A stretch of 64,000 bases of DNA, the filler included, from Stramenopiles sp. TOSAG23-3 (Eukaryota), in assembly GCA_900128585.1 (NCBI GenBank). It is 4 parts of 4 records of this genome, joined end to end, with 100 filler letters (N's around TTAATTAATTAA, not from the genome) between each part and the next. Parts side by side here need not be neighbours in the genome. Positions count along the whole stretch, not along the records: positions 49,996 to 64,000 come from LT642595.1; 3 more parts are not named here. The stretch is one strand, 5' to 3'. The notes under the pieces were generated by a model, which was given only the letters and a program-made list of their open reading frames with translations, made no database searches and was not told where the DNA came from. Position numbers and translations under genes: made by a program. Shown here piece by piece: positions 63,999 through 64,000 of the stretch. The number at the start of each line of letters is the position of its first letter. Within the stretch, counting starts at the first letter, position 1.

Positions 63999-64000
63999 AA
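63923..64000 (+). repeat. (GAAA)n microsatellite
   Basis: Direct reading. Confidence 0.95.

Overview
Eukaryotic nuclear DNA, intron-poor and gene-dense, with GC-rich coding regions separated by very AT-rich, microsatellite-laden spacers. Gene content and domain styles suggest a flagellated, probably phagotrophic stramenopile-like protist (inference). The window is not one locus: three identical artificial spacers (44 N + TTAATTAATTAA + 44 N) join four contigs of about 16.5 kb. About 28 protein genes are supported, including RPB5, a RING1-like RING+RAWUL protein, COA5/PET191, glucosidase II beta, CDC26, myotubularin, mucolipin, RPS25, an aspartic protease, 6PGD, a GH20 hexosaminidase, kinesin-5 and a two-exon LSM12. 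Two genes are missed or only partly shown by the ORF track. (1) A secreted GILT-like thiol reductase selenoprotein at 50760..51416 has an in-frame TGA in a U-P-E-C active site and a canonical SECIS hairpin at 51489..51557. (2) A 55-aa stand-alone microprotein at 36683..36850 consists only of a PDCD4/SERBP1-type ribosome-binding motif. Also notable are a possible bicistronic COA5 locus (19-nt spacer), a truncated membrane-anchored IFT144/WDR19 paralog, a dispersed GGTACC/ACCAGGT palindromic element family and four homopolymer frameshifts that are probably sequence errors.
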